The notes below the pieces were generated by a model. The model was given only the letters and a program-made list of their open reading frames with translations. It did not search any database and was not told the DNA's origin. A stretch of 21,588 bases of DNA, taken from contig JALJEE010001112.1 of NCBI GenBank assembly GCA_023231475.1, forward strand, positions 62,001 to 83,588. The letters are read 5' to 3'. This document shows, piece after piece, positions 20,850 to 21,588 of this stretch (the stretch's first letter is position 1; every line of letters starts with the position of its first letter). Made by a program: the position numbers and the translations under genes. The DNA is from Seison nebaliae. Lineage: Eukaryota.

Positions 20850-21588
20850 TTAGGTAATTATCAAATTTCTTTTAAATCCTCTTCTCTCATACACATCGAA
20901 TAATCGTCGAACATGATTTGTGTAGTTTAGAAAATGTTGAGGTTGCGCAATGCTTTTCGATTGTTCAAAAAATTCTTCCAATCTCGACATCCGATACTCT
21001 GCTAATGTTCCATCAGCGTCAGTGCAACTTATTAATTGCTGACGATTTTCCCCAATTTTCTGTTTGATATAATTTTTCAGTTGACTCCAAAATAATTCTA
21101 TTGGATTTAACAGAAAAGAATATGGGGCCAATCGTAACATTCCCTCAATTTCTTCTTCAAGTTTTGAATGGACCGGTGCGTTATCTATTACAAAAACCGG
21201 ATTATGGATTTGTCCATTTCTTCCTATTTCCTCTTTTTATTCTTTCATCCAGGAAAGGAAATTTTCTTTCAGAAATCTTCCTCCATGCCTAGTTAACTTG
21301 AGCAAGCCTCCGTTACACATTGCTCCGATTATTTGAAGGTTCTGTCCCGGAGAGTTAGGTTGAATTATATGTGCCCGTTGTCCTATACGCGATCGACCTA
21401 TGGTGTATCCAAAATATTTGAAAGATATTAAATATTTCGTTTAAAAGTAATTCTAACCTACTGTTCTCTTACAATATAAGTTAAAATTGGTCTCATCGAT
21501 CCATATAACAGAGCGACCATCTGCTTCAGCGTCCATTAACTTCTCTACATATATTCTTCTCAAAACTTTATTCTGAGGTAAATTGATG
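20850..21588 (-). mobile_element. IS630/Tc1/mariner (DDE_3-type) transposase pseudogene with a 60-nt intron, 5' part outside the window
   Basis: Spliced reading ...VIWIDETNFNLYCKRTVG|RSRIGQRA...PGQNLQIIGAM...WMKE*KEE...VFVIDNAPVHS...LRLAPYSFLLNPIELFWSQLKNYIK. Triad: D 21497-21495, D 21185-21183, E 21098-21096. Intron 21457-21398 (GTTAGA...CATAG); in-frame TAA at 21239-21237. Confidence 0.92.

Noticed and set aside
19647..21239. Both transposases have a single in-frame TAA inside otherwise open frames, suggesting TAA reassignment
   Set aside because: NCS, CAP and COX10 all end in TAA and contain none internally; the hAT also has a frameshift and truncation, so ordinary decay explains it.

Overview
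AT-rich (about 70% by eye) animal genomic DNA with very short GT-AG introns (48-76 nt); the organism cannot be named from the sequence. Positions 1-8.7 kb look non-coding, with microsatellites and repeated TTAYGTAA motifs. Four host genes can be rebuilt by hand: a 4-exon neuronal calcium sensor (NCS) family gene (+, 8712-9557), a 6-exon membrane-anchored mucin-stalk CAP/CRISP gene (-, 11601-13592), 2-exon COX10 (-, 14073-15220) and, head-to-head with it, an intronless CCDC66-like ORF (+, 15632-17620). A 37-codon signal-peptide ORF with upstream TATA motifs (-, 18290-18403) is missed by the ORF track. The right end holds a decayed hAT transposase, a 7 x 21-bp tandem array and an intron-containing IS630/Tc1-type transposase running off the window. 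The most striking signal is that all 10 reconstructed introns, including the transposon's, start with GTT instead of the usual GTR. Family assignments rest on recalled motifs, not database searches.
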